Shown here piece after piece: positions 37,592-53,399 of a stretch of DNA of 64,000 bases. The stretch is taken from assembly GCF_009914755.1 (NCBI RefSeq), contig NC_060944.1. One strand, given 5' to 3'. The notes beneath the pieces were generated by a model. It had not been told where the DNA came from, did not search any database, and was given only the letters and a program-made list of their open reading frames with translations. The stretch is from the human T2T-CHM13v2.0 reference genome, Homo sapiens. Position 1 is the first letter of the stretch, and the number at the start of each line of letters is the position of its first letter. A program made the position numbers and the translations under genes.

Positions 37592-39042
37592 CACCGAGGT
37601 TATGGGGATGGGGATGGGACGAGGTTATGGGGATGGGGATGGGATGAGGTTATGGGAATGGGGATGGGATGAGGTTATGGGAATGGGGATGGGATGAGTT
37701 ATGGGGATGAGGATGGGATGAGGTTATGGGGATGGGGATTCACTGAGGTTATGGGGATGGGATGAGGTGATGGGGATGGGATGAGGTTATGGAAATGGAA
37801 ATAGAATGAGGTTATGGGGTGGGCATGTGCAGAGGTTATGCGGATGAGTTGAGGTTATGGGGATGGGGATGAGATAAGGTTATGGGGATGAGATAAGGTT
37901 ATGGTGATGGGGAAGTGCTGAGGCTATGGGAATGGAGATGTGCTGAGGTTATGCAGGTGGGGACAGGTTGAGGTTATAGGGATTAGTATGTGCTGAGGTT
38001 ATGAGGATGGTGATCAACTGAGGTTTTAGGATTGGGGATGGGATGAGGTTATGAGGACGGGGATGCACTGAGGTTATGGGGACAGGGATGCATTGAGGTT
38101 GTAGGGATGGAGATGTGCTGAGGTTATGGGAATGGGGATGGGATGAGGTGATGGGGATGGGATGAGGTTATGGAAATGGAAATAGAATGAGGTTATGGGG
38201 ATGGGCATGTGCAGAGGTTATGGGGATGAGTTGAGGTTATGGGGATGGGGATGGGGATGAGATAAGGTTATGGTGATGGGGAAGTGCTGAGGCTATGGGA
38301 ATGGAGATGTGCTGAGGTTATGCAGATGGGGAAAGGTTGAGGTTATAGAGATTAGTATGTCCTGAGGTTATGAGGATGGTGATCAACTGAGGTTTTAGGA
38401 ATGGGGATGGGATGAGGTTATGAGGATGGGGATGCCCTGAGGTTATGGGGACAGGGATGCATTGAGGTTATAGGGATGGAGATGTGCTGAGGTTATAGGA
38501 ATGAGGATGGGATGAGGTTACGGGGATGTGTTATGGGAATGTGGAAGTGCTGAGGTTATGGGGATGGGGATGGGATGAGGATATAGGGATGGTGATGCCC
38601 TGAGGTTACGGGGATGAGGATGGGATGAGGTTATGGGTACAGGGATGGGATGAGGGTATAGAGATGAAGATAGGATGAGGTTATGGGGATGGGGATGTGC
38701 TGAGGTTATGGGGACAGGGATGGTATGAGGGTATGGGGATGGTCATGTGCTGAGGTTATGGGAATGAGGATGGGATAATGTTATGGGGACAGGGATAGGA
38801 TGAAGTTATGGGGATGGGGATGTGCTGAGGTTATGGGGATGGGGATAGGATGAGGTTATGGGGACAGGGATAGGGTGAGGTTGTGGGGATGGGGGACATG
38901 CTGAGGTTATGGGGATGGGGATGTGCTGAGATTATGGGGATGGGGATGTGCTGAGATTATGGGGATGGGGATGGGATGATATGGGGACAGGGATAGGATG
39001 AGGTTATGGGGATGGGGATGTGCTGAGGTTATGGGGATGCTG
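37592..39042 (+). repeat. G-rich minisatellite/VNTR, unit about 25 bp GAGGTTATGGGGATGGGGATGGGAT (variant ...GTGCT)
   Basis: Directly visible tandem array of about 1.45 kb with strong G/C strand asymmetry. Confidence 0.97.
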
Positions 39043-41039
39043 ATGAGGAACAAGATCTCAACTGTTTCATAACTACAGGAGATGAATCCTCAGAAACTGA
39101 ATTGCCCTACACTACATGCCACCACTCCTAATTGTTTTCCTTCTAAGCAATATATTTTACCTTATAATAAAGATCACCATGATTGTCATATTTCTTTTTT
39201 TCTATTTATTTTCTGCCTGTTTCCTTAGATTTCAAACAAAAGATATTTTGTTCTTAAGTTGTTAAAATACAGCATTGTTTAAATCTCCAAATCCCAATAT
39301 TCCAAATATTTATTGTTAACCATAATTGAGCAATTTCAGATAATATTTTCACTGGTATAAAGTAATCTTTCTGCAACTCACATCATAAAGATTCTTAACA
39401 GATATTCTATCCTTGGACAAACACTGTGATATTATTCTCAGGATGAACTTGGTATTCACACTCCTTTTCTTGTCCTTGCTAACACTGAGCTGATCTAGGA
39501 GACCCATTGGTTGGGCGTGATGAGGATTTCAATTCTTCCTTGGATAATGCTGAATAACAGATACTTATAGAGACTTCACCTAAAATATGGAAACAGTTTC
39601 TTATTTTGCTCTTCCTAACAAAACCCCTTTTATTTAGGCTCAAATTAAATTTTGTCTTGCTAAGACCTAATACAATCCCATTAATGTCCTTTCTAATTAT
39701 TTTCTGTTTATCAGAATTACTGAATCATGACATTGAGTCTTAATCGTTTTGATTTCTGCTGCAGATTAATCCCACCTCAAACTTATCTGCATGTCCTCAC
39801 ATTTGTCTACATCTCTGTCTGGGGAGTTGTGTGCTTAAGTCATTAACTCCAATTAGAGTGGAGAATCCGTGGCCACCTGAGCCCAGGACTGTGGGCCATG
39901 GAGGCATCTTCAGAAGCTGTTGATTTCATTTTCTTTGGGGACCTGCACAAGGAGGGTACTGTTCCTGATGTCAGATCATAATTGTTACCCTGAGGTCCTG
40001 GCACCAGAAGGCCCGAGTTAAAATCCATGCTTTCCCTTTGACTCTACTGGTAACTTCGAGCAAGTGCTTCACCTTTTTAAAGCTTCAGTTGCCTCATCTG
40101 TTAACCAAGATGCCCACAGTCGCCACCTCCTAGGTTGGTCCTACCCTTCAATGCACGTGAACATAAGAGTAATGGTACCGGCCAAGGGAAGCCCTTGGAT
40201 GTTGTTATCGTGGTCAATATTATTTTTATTGTCATTCTCATGAATGTAAAGTGACAAGCTCATCCTTACATTTCAGGTCTCTACGTTTTGTCATTCCTCC
40301 AACTTAGCCCTATCTTTCAATGTCTTTAACCAATTATGTTTTGTCCTTGGAACCCTCTGGAGGCTGTTCTTTATTCTTAGGCTGTTCTTCTCTGTCCTCT
40401 CTGCCTCAATAACTCTCTCTGTTCCAAAACCATGTGGAATGCAGGCGCTCATCAAAACTTCCCAGGGAGGCTTTTCTTTCTTTCCCTTTTATCCAGGCTG
40501 AGGCAGACAATGAAGGGTATCACCTCTTAAGACTCAGGCTTCTGCAGCTGCTGCTGGGAATCCCGTTGCCAGTCTAATGGTCCTGCCTTCATAGAAAAAT
40601 GTCTTTTTAATTCTTAGGTCATTTTAAACATGTTTAGGGATTGACTTTCTTTTTAAAAGGTATCCGGTCGGATGCCCATGCCGTCTATGCTAATTATGGG
40701 TTCCCACCCTTTATCTCCGGTCCATCTTTCTGGAATTCCTATTCAATGTACGTTGGGCCTATTCTATTTTCCATGGCATTTTAATCTCAACCCATTTTCC
40801 ATCACCCTTTGTCTCCAGGCTGCTTTCAGGGTAATTTCTGTATTATTAATTCTCCTTTCAGCGATTTACCTGCTATTTCATCCTTTGATCGACTGTGTCC
40901 TTAATTCCTGTGACTGCAGTTTCATTCTGTAAATTCTGTTTGGTCCCCTTTTAAATCTGCCCATGTGACTGTCATCACACTGCATTCATTTCTCGTATCT
41001 TTGCTTCTTTTATGTTCTTGATCATTTTTAATTGTTTAG

Positions 41040-41346
<307 letters not shown>

Positions 41347-41890
41347 AATTCATTTTTAATGTACTAAATTTGTGATAGAATTTTCCCATTATCTGCAGTG
41401 CTTGGGTTTTCACCCTGCCGTTTGTCTGGCCTGTGGACACTCACTTATGGTGGAGGATTCCTTACACATTTTATGATTTGAATTGTGAATCTATGCTCAG
41501 TGGACTCTCGTGTGCCTGGATGGTAGGTGTCTTCCCCACAGCAATTTTGTACTTGTTTCTGTCAGATGTCCTAGGGTTGTGGCCAGCTGTAGGCTACTTT
41601 TTATGTTAAAACTTTGACTTGAAAGTTTGGGGATATGAGAGTTGAATTTTGAACCCCAAATCCACGTGAGATTCATGTCCTGATGATGAATTCTCAGGAG
41701 AGATCTTTTATGTTTCTTTCCCAAGTGAGGCCAGGCAGCAACAAATAAGAAGCTGTGGTGTTGCGGGTTGATGTGCTTTTCTGTGTTACTCTGAACTAAG
41801 GGTGTGACTTTGGAGGGTCCTAGTTTTATGGGGGTGTCAGTCCTACCTGCTCTCCTTGCTCTGCTCTGAGGGGTACAAAAATGTCTAAGT

Positions 41891-42082
41891 CAGTGTTTTT
41901 AAATGCTGCTGGGATCCCCAAACCAGCTACATAGGCATCACTTGTAAGCTGTTAGAAATGCAAAATCTCATACCCAAACCAAGACCGACCGAAGGAATCA
42001 GAAACTGGGCAGGTGGGCTGAGTCTAGAAAAATGTGTTTTTAAGACCCCGTCAGATTCACATGCACCTGGACGGCCACCACT
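41891..42082 (+). mobile_element. MER5A
   Basis: 'ggcatcacttgtaagctgttagaaatgcaaaatctca...gaatcagaaactggg'. Confidence 0.8.
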
Positions 42083-42829
42083 CCGGCTGGTGAGACCAAG
42101 TCTCTGCACACACACCTGTTCTTTACAGGGCAGCTACAGTCCACCTGGTTAGCCCCGTGAGGTTTTAAGCTTTTTCTCCTTTTCTGCACCTGGGAATTCC
42201 TCATTCTTTCCAGCTTGCCTAGTCATGCTTATAAAGTAATGTTTATTATGTTTTATCTCTTTTAAAATAATATGCACACTGACTAAGAACCAGCTGAAAA
42301 TTTTTTAAAAAGAAAAAAAATAACAATAGTAGGAGTAATTTTGGTTATCTTCTCTGCCCTCCTGCTAAAATCAGAAGTTGGTAATTATATAATTTTATTG
42401 TAAGTTTACTGCCATTCCTAACCCACAGACTGTCAGCTCTGTGAAGGCAGGCATTCATCCCCATTTCTGCTCTTGACTAAATATTCAGCTCCTACTCAGT
42501 GAGGGAAATACAGCAGCTACTCCACAAATGTTTATTTGTAGGATGAGTACCTAAATGAAAAAGGGAGACATTAAACTATTTCTGTAAGAACATTCTATTT
42601 CCGTTAGATTGTTCAAAATCATACAACTGCCTGTATTCATACTTTTAGGGGACAACCCCTCCCCAGTGTGGAAATTTTGCTGTGCTCTTTCTGCTCGTTC
42701 ATGAAACTTAAAAGCCGTGAAGCCTCCACAAGCTTCTCTCACCAGAGTTGTCTTTTCTTTCTGAGTCTACCCACACTGCCTTGAGGAATCCCTTCTGCCT
42801 TTGTACAGTGCTGTTTTTTTTTACTTATC

Positions 42830-43065
42830 ATTCTGTAGCCTGGTGGTAAATAGCCTGTAGAGTCAAAGTGCCTGGTTTTATTTCTTAGCTGTACCTCTTG
42901 ACTACACGCATGACCTTGCCTTTCCTCCTGCATTTCCTCATCTGCACAGCAGGGATAGTAATAGCCCCACTTCATGGTGTAGCAGGAGGATTCAGTGGAT
43001 GCTGTGAAGCTCTTGGCATGGTACATGGCCCCTGACAAGCACTTGGAAGGGCCAGCTATTATTTT
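42830..43065 (+). mobile_element. MIR SINE
   Basis: 'tttcctcatctgcacagcagggatagtaatagccccacttcatggtgtagcaggaggattcagtgg'. Confidence 0.75.
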
Positions 43066-44595
43066 TATTTCCTGTGTATTTCTTTTCTTTCCAAGCAGCC
43101 TAGAAATTTAGTGTTTCCCAAGTACACATCATATTACTTGGCACACACACACAAATTGTAGAATGAATAAATGAATGACCATCATTTGAGATAACAGTAG
43201 GCTGTAGTAGATACTGTGTATATAGAGCTATACAGAGCTGTGGGTCCAGCTCTGGGCCCACTATATTCCCAAACATGATGCCCAATATATGCACTTAATA
43301 CCATCATATTTGAATACTGCTATGTAATTTGCAAAGTGACCTCATATCTATCATTTCACCAAACTAAGATGAATTACAAGATTACATGAGTATATAATCT
43401 TTGTTAAAAATATCACATATCACAACCAAGAAAAAAGCTCCTCTTGACCACCAAAGCCAGACCTGGTTCTCCTTCCATCCTCAGTAGTGATTGAGTGAGA
43501 GTTCCTTCCAGACCTTTCTCTATGCATCCATAAAACAGACACACAACCGTGGAAGCATGGAGTCCTTTGCCTGCGTGTGGAGCATAGATGTGGTCATGCT
43601 GTAGGACTAGAGCTGCCACTCAGTGATGACATCTTGGAAATCTCCCCATGGCAGTACACAGAATTGGCTTATTCCTGGCAACAACTTTGCATTCCATAGT
43701 GTGGAAATCCAATTGAAAGCACAATTGTTTTCTTGTTCAACCCTTTGTCGGGTTGTTGCAATATATATTTATTATAAACAACGCTGCAAAGAATATCCTT
43801 AAAATGAAGAAGTGAAATTTCTCTGATTTTATATATATATGTACATATTTATAAACACACAAATATATGTAACATAAACTAACATGATGTATATATAAAT
43901 TATGTATAATACATACATTATGTAAATTATATATACACATATAAATTATATACCATAAAGAAATCACACACACAGATGTATCCTTTCTTTGTACCTGTGA
44001 CTACCATGACTAGATTTCATTTTTAATCCTTTCGTAAATGCATCTGATCTTTGAAGTAGACCCTGAAATGGGTTAACATTGTCTCCTGGGCGTCTCACAG
44101 ATTCTGATGAAGAAAGCTTTACTGAGCACTTACTACACACCATGTTAAGTGCTAGCGGCTTTTGCATCTGCTGCTCTGTTTAAAGTATGTCTTAGGGTGC
44201 ACCAGCTCCTGGGCTTTGATACCCACCTACCCTGGGGTGCCAACAGCATGTTCATTTCCATCCAGGGATGCCTGGGCCCTCTTATTCAGGGACTCACTGT
44301 TCCTGTCTCACTCACTGACTCTCTTCCAAGGCATGCACTGACACCCTTGCTCTCAGTTCACCTTACGCTTCAATTTATTCCCTATTTACCTCCTGCTTAA
44401 TTTCATTTTGAGAAAATAGATTTAAAACATCATAATCTACATGCATATTGTGTTTGCTTCAAGTGTTTCCACCTAATTTCCAAATTGGCTTAAAGCAAAA
44501 CTCCTCGCGGAGACGACTCCTCCTCACTCAAGGAATTGAATTTATTTCCTACTGCGCTGGAGAGTGGATCTGTTTAAAAAGGACTCCCGAGATTG

Positions 44596-44596
<1 letters not shown>

Positions 44597-44654
<58 letters not shown>

Positions 44655-44693
44655 ACACATACACACACACACACATACACACACACACACACA
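44597..44693 (+). repeat. (CA)n microsatellite, about 97 bp, with a few TA interruptions
   Basis: Directly visible. Confidence 0.99.
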
Positions 44694-45629
44694 GGCATGC
44701 ACACCCCTTCCCCTGTGAATACAATAACATGAGCAGGGCTGTATTGATCCCTGCAGTGCTTTAAAGAACTGCCTGGATAGCTAATCTATAAGCGACTAGT
44801 TACTTCTTCACTCCGTTCACTGCAGCCTTGTCTCCCACCTCCCTCCTCCCCATGTAGTGGGTGGGGGCTGATTCTTCTGTCATCCTCTTCTGCCCTGTGC
44901 TGACGCTTGGTGCTATGTAGCAGCCTCTGTACTATGCAACTGCTCTGAGTAAACAACAGAACATCACCCACGTTTAATACTCATGGATTAATTAGAAATG
45001 CCTCAGATTCATCAGTGCAAAAGGAAAAGAAAAGAACAATGTAGTCACAAATTATTAACAGTCACTTTTGCTACTATCGTGCTTTCTTTGCATTAGATCA
45101 TCTTTTTTTAATGTGGTGTGGGCTGAGGCTGAAAAAATGCATCCCCATGATTTCTTTTTTTCAAATCAAAGAGAACAACGGATATAAAGATGCACACCTC
45201 CCTGTTAGCTCATCTGAATGCCTTGTCTCTCAATCCAGAATCAACCATTATTACAAGCTTAGTGTAATTCTTCAGATATATGTAGATTTCTCTCTCCGCT
45301 GTATTTAGCAATAATGGGAGAATACGATGCTTACTGTTTTGCAACTTGGTTTTTGCAGTTAATCCATATTCAGACATTATTTTTCACTGGTTCACATACA
45401 CCTATCTCATTTTTTTTCACATCCATATAATACTGCATGGAATGGGTGCAACTTAATGTATTTAAACAGAGTCAAATTAAGTTGTTTCAATTGTCAGTGA
45501 AAATAATGCTGTAAAACAAAGCAAAACAAAAACTCCACCTTCTACATGTGTCATTATTTCATGTGAGCATATCTATAGAATAAGTTCTAAGAGAAGAAAT
45601 TCGGGGCCATGAGATAGGTGCATTTTTAA

Positions 45630-46990
45630 AGTAAGATTTTTACTGAAGTATAACAATCATATACTTTTCAAATCAAAGAGAACAACGGATATAAAGATGC
45701 ACACCTCCCTGTTAGCTCAGATCTGAATGCTTTGTCTCTCAGTCCAGAATCAACCATTATTACAAGCTTAGTGTAATTGCAGTTAATCCATATTCAGATA
45801 TTATTTTTCACTGGTTCACATACACCTACCTCAGATCCAGAAAACAAAGACAGCTAAAACTCCAGAAGGCTGCTGGTGCCCCACTGAGGTACCATCCTGT
45901 CTTCGATCACCATAGCTGACTTTTCCTTGTTTGTGGATTTCATGCCAGGGAAGCACAGAGCAGACACTCTTTGTAACATTCACCCAAGCTATTGCGTGTG
46001 CTGTAAGTGTGTACCTATTCATTATTGTGTAGGACTCCCTAATATCAACAGTATCCATTTATTTATTCTACTTTTGATATACATTTGGGCTGCATCCATA
46101 TTTTGTCTATTGCCAATAAAACTGCGACAAACATTTTTGACATATTTTTAGTGCACAGAAGTATGCATTTCTGCTAAGTATATCCCTGAAAGTTGAATTG
46201 TTTGGTCATAGATATTCAAGTATTCTGCTTCGAAATCCCCAAAGAGATTTTCAAAGTATTGTAACATCTATTCACCCACCAGCAGTTCATGACTGTTCAA
46301 GTTGTTCCACACCCTCACCAATATTTTGTATTTTCTGTCTTTTTATCTTTAGCCATTTTGTTGAGTCTGCAGTGGCATCACATTTTGGATTGAATTTGCA
46401 TTTCTGTGACAGGGAATGCTAGCAATTACCTTTCCACACCTGTGATGGCCATTTGGCCTCCTCGTTGGTGAAGTGGCTGTTCAGGTCTTCTGTTTCCTGC
46501 TGGGACATCTGTTTTGTTTTGTTTTGTTTTGTTTTTGTTTTTTCCTTATCAATGTAGGCATTCTCTATTATATACTAGATCAAAGGCTTTTTTTGGATAC
46601 AGGTATTCAAAATATCTTCTCCCACACTGTAGCTTGCCTTTGCATTGTAAGATGTCTTGTCAATTTAAGGGCAACTAATTAATCACTCTTTCTTTTGTGC
46701 TCAGCGCCACTTGTCTCCTGTTTCAGAATATTTGCCTACCCCAAGGTAATGAAGATACTCTCTGCTTTCTTCTAAAAGGTTTGCTGTTTGACATTTCACA
46801 TTTAGATCTACAATCCATGTGGTCTTGCTTTGTGTATGGTGTCTGTTAAGAGTCAAGATCCCTTGCTCTTCCCCTATAGATGCTTAAATGACCCTCTGCC
46901 ATTTATCCACAGCAGCATCATCTCCCCTGTGTGCCACCATTGTCATACTCCTGTGATCGTGTCTGTGCGGGTCAGCTTCTGCCTCACTGC
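45630..46990 (-). mobile_element. Old L1 (L1MC/ME-type) antisense fragment
   Basis: 'gatttttactgaagtataaca', 'ttcacccaccagcagttcatgactgttcaagttgttccacaccctcacca', 'tttcacatttagatctacaatccat'. Confidence 0.75.
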
Positions 46991-49199
46991 TCCATCTGTT
47001 CACCTCTGCTTTAGTGCACACCTGCCCCCGAGGAATAGCCTCCAGTAGTCCCGACTGAGAGCCTCTTGTGCTTGCTATGTATCTCCCTCCTTGGCAGAAT
47101 ATTCTTGATATAATTATTGTCTTTCAGCCCTAAGGGTTGATGAAAACCCTGTTTTACTTTATCTGTTCTCCTTGTGGCTTTTCAGCCCATTACCCTGCAC
47201 AGTTCAAGGGCAAAACTACAGGGAATTGTGTTCACCTCTTAATCTCCCTTTTCAAAAGGCTCTTGGCACCTCATTTCCTGGCAGCCCCCATGCTTCAGTT
47301 TTTGTCTCCCCAGTTCAAGGAGATGGCAGAAAGTTTCTCTGGCATTTCCCTCTATGGCAGATCATGCTGCCCAGCCTCTGCCCCACCTGTCACCCCAACC
47401 CTACACCAGGAACTTGTGGCTCTGCTGGACAGCTTGGAAACCTGTGCTCACAGAAGGCTAGACTTACTCGGAATCCTTGGGATCCTGGCTTCTCTGAATG
47501 CACTGGCCACTCAATGCTTTAACGCAGATGCCTCTTGGATTGTTTCTTCCATTTTTCTTTCTTGTTCTCAGTGGTATTGTTATCTGCAACCAGCTACACA
47601 TTGTAACACAAATCAGAAACCCAGACACGGACATTTTAAACTTTGATAAATGTAATAGTGTTGTTCAATAACCTTCAAAGAGGTGGCCCAGTTTATACAG
47701 TATAGGCACCTTAGCTACAATTGTAAAAATCTGATATTTAACTGGAAATACAGTTAATCCTAAGATGAGGAATTGGTACTCTTCCCGCTATGCCTTTGGG
47801 CCCATTTATAACATTTAATCTACCATCATGCATAGGAAATGCACTTGCAGGCCACATCAAAGGAACACAAATAAGCCTTTGATTGTTTACTAGAAGCTGG
47901 CCATATAAAGACAGGTGGCCTGACCATCTTCGTGATTTCAAATCTGCTGCAAACTCTGTTAATGACATTTGTCTCCTGGCTTCCTTTGAAGCATGATTCC
48001 TGGCCTTAGCTGGGAAATACGACCTAAAGGCTTACACACAGGGCAGCTTGGGAAGCCTGGCTTCAGAGGGAAGCTGCGGCTGCTTGAACAAGTTCAGGTC
48101 AGGCAAGAAAGGTCTCTGATTCTTTTTTGAGGGGTGGGTTGGGGAGTGACTTGGTGCGAGAGGGTTAATCAGTTGAAATTAAAGGAATCTGTTAATGCGT
48201 AAGTAAGCAACCTGCCCGTAGAATTCAGTAAGTGGAAAGAAGCTTGTTTTAGAGGCAGATGCTTGATTGGGGCTCGGTCCCTAACCAACTGCTCCACATC
48301 AAAAGGACGATGAATATGCCCACTGTCAACTTCTCCTGGTGGCTCTATGCTACACACCAGGGCAGTCTACTTGTGTCTGCATTGGCTTTTAGCACAGAAG
48401 TTTACAAAGGATGAATAAAGCTAGAAAGAAGCCTCTGGAGTTGGTGAAAGATTATCTACAATGAAACAGAAATAAAAAATCTCCTGGGCAACTCATTGTA
48501 ATCCAGCTGGATCCTTCCCTCCTATCCCTTCTAAAAGGATATATTCTCTTGGCTTCCATTTCTGTGCCAATATTCCTCCCAACCTTTGGGGAATTGTTTG
48601 GGCTTGACACATAGCAACACTTAGAAGTACATTTCAGAACCCTTATTCAGTTTTGTGTGGGAAGAATTTGACTCAAGGGATAAACTGGCTCAGGTGTGTC
48701 CATCTGCATAGAAACCTCCACTTGATTGTAAGCCTCTTCCAAGATTTAGAAAGGCTAGAAGCAAATAATTTTTACACAGCACAAACTTTTAAGAGATTAA
48801 TTTTAAAATTTATTTTTCCTCCACCTTGTTTGGATAAGAGTTTCCTTTTTTAAAAAGATTTTTAAAACAAAGGTGCTTCATGTGTGCGAACATGATCCAT
48901 TGTTTCCTCTTTCTTCAAGAATGAATTTTGGACTCTTACCACATTAGAGATAACAAAGGCCTTGGGAAAGTGTTGAAAATCATTGTCCATTTATAAATTG
49001 ATGCCCTTAGGACATCACATCTTGCTTTCCATCAAACACACCAAGCGCTCAAGCCCAACAGAGATTATAGATTCATGCAAAAAAAAGAAAAAAGGAAGAA
49101 GAAATAAACTGATGCCTTTTGTCCTTTCTTTTCTAAGACATGTCAGAAAGCAGGATATCTAGTCTTCGAAAAGCACTCAGGAAGTCATCCTTGCTGTCC

Positions 49200-50070
49200 T
49201 TGATACTTTCGTCTTTTCACTGTGCCCTGATACCCAGTTTACCAACACGTCCTATCAATTTTACCTCCAAACTTAGTTCCACTCCATTTAATCCATCCTT
49301 ACCTTTCATACCATACCATTGTCTTTGACCTAGATATTTAAGGACTTCTTAATAGATCTCTCCAAATTAGAATGGATTCCACCCCCAATCTGGAACCAGA
49401 GTAATTTTCTTTAAGTATTTTTACTTTGAATTCTCACTTCAATGTCTTCCCGTTGGTTTCCCATTACCTTTAAGAGATGGTGTCCAGTCCTCGAACCAGT
49501 CTATATGGCTCTGTTTGACCTGGCTTTTGCCTGTCTTTCTACCCTGAGGGTCTCAACCATCTTCGCTAATGAGGAACAACTAGAGAGCTTTTTTCTTCCC
49601 AAGAAGGAGCTTTTGATTTAGCTAACTAGAATAGGGCCTGCACATAGATAACGTTTTCAAAGCGATCCATGTGATTTTCACATGCAGTAAAAGTGGAGAA
49701 CTGCAGATCTGTCCTCATTTCCTCATTTCTCAGCATCTTTTCCATTGCTTGCTCTGCTCCAGGCATGCCAGCCTTTGAGATTTTCAAGTATGTCGTGGTT
49801 TGATTTTTTTTTAATTGTTTCTTCAGCTTAGGATAATTTTCTTCCCTCTTTTAACCTGACCAATTTCCAATGACTCTTTAAGTCTCATTTTAAACGACGC
49901 ATATTCCTGGAAACTTTCACAATACTGCTCACTTTTTCATGGCAGTTAGCATAATTGGAATTCTAAGAATTTGAAAGATTATCTGTGAATAGTTGATTCT
50001 CTGCATGAGTCATCTTCATGAGTATGTGTCTGTTGTTTTCTGCCATATCCTCAATGCCCAGCGGCCAGCC
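49200..50070 (+). mobile_element. L2 3' region with a MER5-like fragment at about 49620-49705
   Basis: 'tcttcccgttggtttcccattacctt', 'tttaagtctcattttaaacgacgcatattcctggaaactttc'. Degenerate. Confidence 0.5.
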
Positions 50071-50532
50071 CACAGTCGGCCCTGACAACCCTGGGGTGTT
50101 GAACAATGCCCTCTTTTCTTCCCTGTCTCCTGCTGTCCTTCCATCATTCAGTATTTATGGAGCAGGCAGAGTACTGTGGGACATGGCTGCTTATCTCACC
50201 CAGAATCATTAAGGCCATTTCTAGCTCTTCTTCTGCTCGCTGAGAGCATGGATTAATGGGCTGACATTGCTCAAGTGTTTGAAAGGTAATGAGGCTTCTA
50301 GGCTCCTAATCAGTTTGCCTCTGCTAAAATGGAGACTATCAGGATTTTAGTTTCTTTTGGCCATTATCTTCACATTATGGCTGGTTTCTTCCCCTCAGCA
50401 TTATTTTGTGTTATTCGGGTTTATAGAATTATTATTTACATGCAATAAAATCCACCAATTTTAATCTACAATTTGTTGAGTTCTGACAAATGAATGCAGC
50501 CAGGTAACCATCACCATGCTCATGACAGGGAA

Positions 50533-50696
50533 CATGCTATCACCTCGAGACATCCCCTGTTCCCTTTGCAGTCAATGCCCCACTCAACACCCTGCCCCCT
50601 GGCAAAGATCTACTCATGCTATCACCTCAAGGCATCCCCTCTTCCCTTTCCAGTCAATGCCCCGCTCGACACCCTGCCCCCTGGCAAAGATCTGCT
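50533..50696 (+). repeat. Tandem duplication, 82 bp x2
   Basis: 'catgctatcacctc...ccctgccccctggcaaagatct' starts at 50533 and again at 50615. Confidence 0.95.
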
Positions 50697-51445
50697 TTCA
50701 TCACTATAATTATGCTTTTTCCTAGAATTCCATATGAATGAAATCAAGCAGCATGTCGTTCTTTTTTTTTTTTTTGGCCTGGCTTCTTTCACTTAATGTA
50801 TTTTTCAGCTCCATGCAGGATGTATCAGTAGTTCAGTTTATTTTGGTTGCTAATACTTGATAGTTTACTGATTCACTCACTGATGGATGGGCATTTATGC
50901 TATTTTTAATTTGGGGCTATATAAATTTTTACAAATATTTGCCTACAACACTGTGAGTACATATATGTTAACATTTTGCTTGAATAAATAACTGGGCATA
51001 TAATTGCTGAGTCTTATGGTAGGTGATTGTTTATAAGAAGCAGTCAAAGCATTTTCCAAAGTAGTTAGTTCTACCATTTTCACCAACAATGTATGAAAAT
51101 TCTAGTTTTTCTATCTGCTTGCCAACACTTTTTGTTTTGGTCATTCTGGTGGGTGTGGGGTGATACGTAACTGTGATTTTAATTTGCATTTCCTTAATGA
51201 CTAACCACATTGCATTTTGCCATATGCATATTAGCCACCCATATATTTTCTTTGGTGAGCCGTATGGTCAAGTCTTGGCTCATTTTTTAAAAATGCATTA
51301 TCTAATTAATGGATATTAAGAATTCTTTATATATTCTGGACATCTTTTATTAGATAAATATTTTTCAATTTTTTTCTAGTTTCTGATTTGCCTTTGGATT
51401 TTCATTATGATGGCTTTTAAAGAATAGAAATTTTAAATATTGTTT

Positions 51446-53028
<1,583 letters not shown>

Positions 53029-53399
53029 TTTATCAAATATCTCTATTATAATTTGTGATTTTTAGAGTCCAATTGACAAAATCTTTGTATAAGCCTGGGT
53101 AAGCACAATTATCTTCATGTTTTTATCTAAAATATTATGGTTTTAGCTCATATATTTTGATCTGTAATCTATGTTAATTTCTGTATATAGTGGAGGTCAA
53201 GATTGAGGTTCATTTTCACCCTCATGGATTTCTAATTGTTCCAGGACTATTTGTGGGAAAGATTTCATCAATTTTACATTTCATTTTTTCTTCTTTGCCT
53301 TCTTTTGTATGAATTAGTTATTATTCTTGTGATTCAATTTTATTGTCTATCTTGGTACTAAACCTTCTTTTTTAGTGTTTTCTCCAGGATTTATATTAC

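Noticed and set aside
37592-39042. Array considered as CRISPR-like or coding
   Set aside because: No unique spacers, a eukaryotic context, and frequent TGA stops. It is a minisatellite.
45270-45354. The 85-bp gap in the duplicate as a spliced-out intron (retrocopy)
   Set aside because: Its boundaries are not GT-AG on either strand, and there is no poly-A or TSD.
47137-47646. 169-aa ORF, the longest non-L1 ORF in the track
   Set aside because: TTG start, no recognisable domain or splice context, and it adjoins decayed L1 sequence. Consistent with chance.
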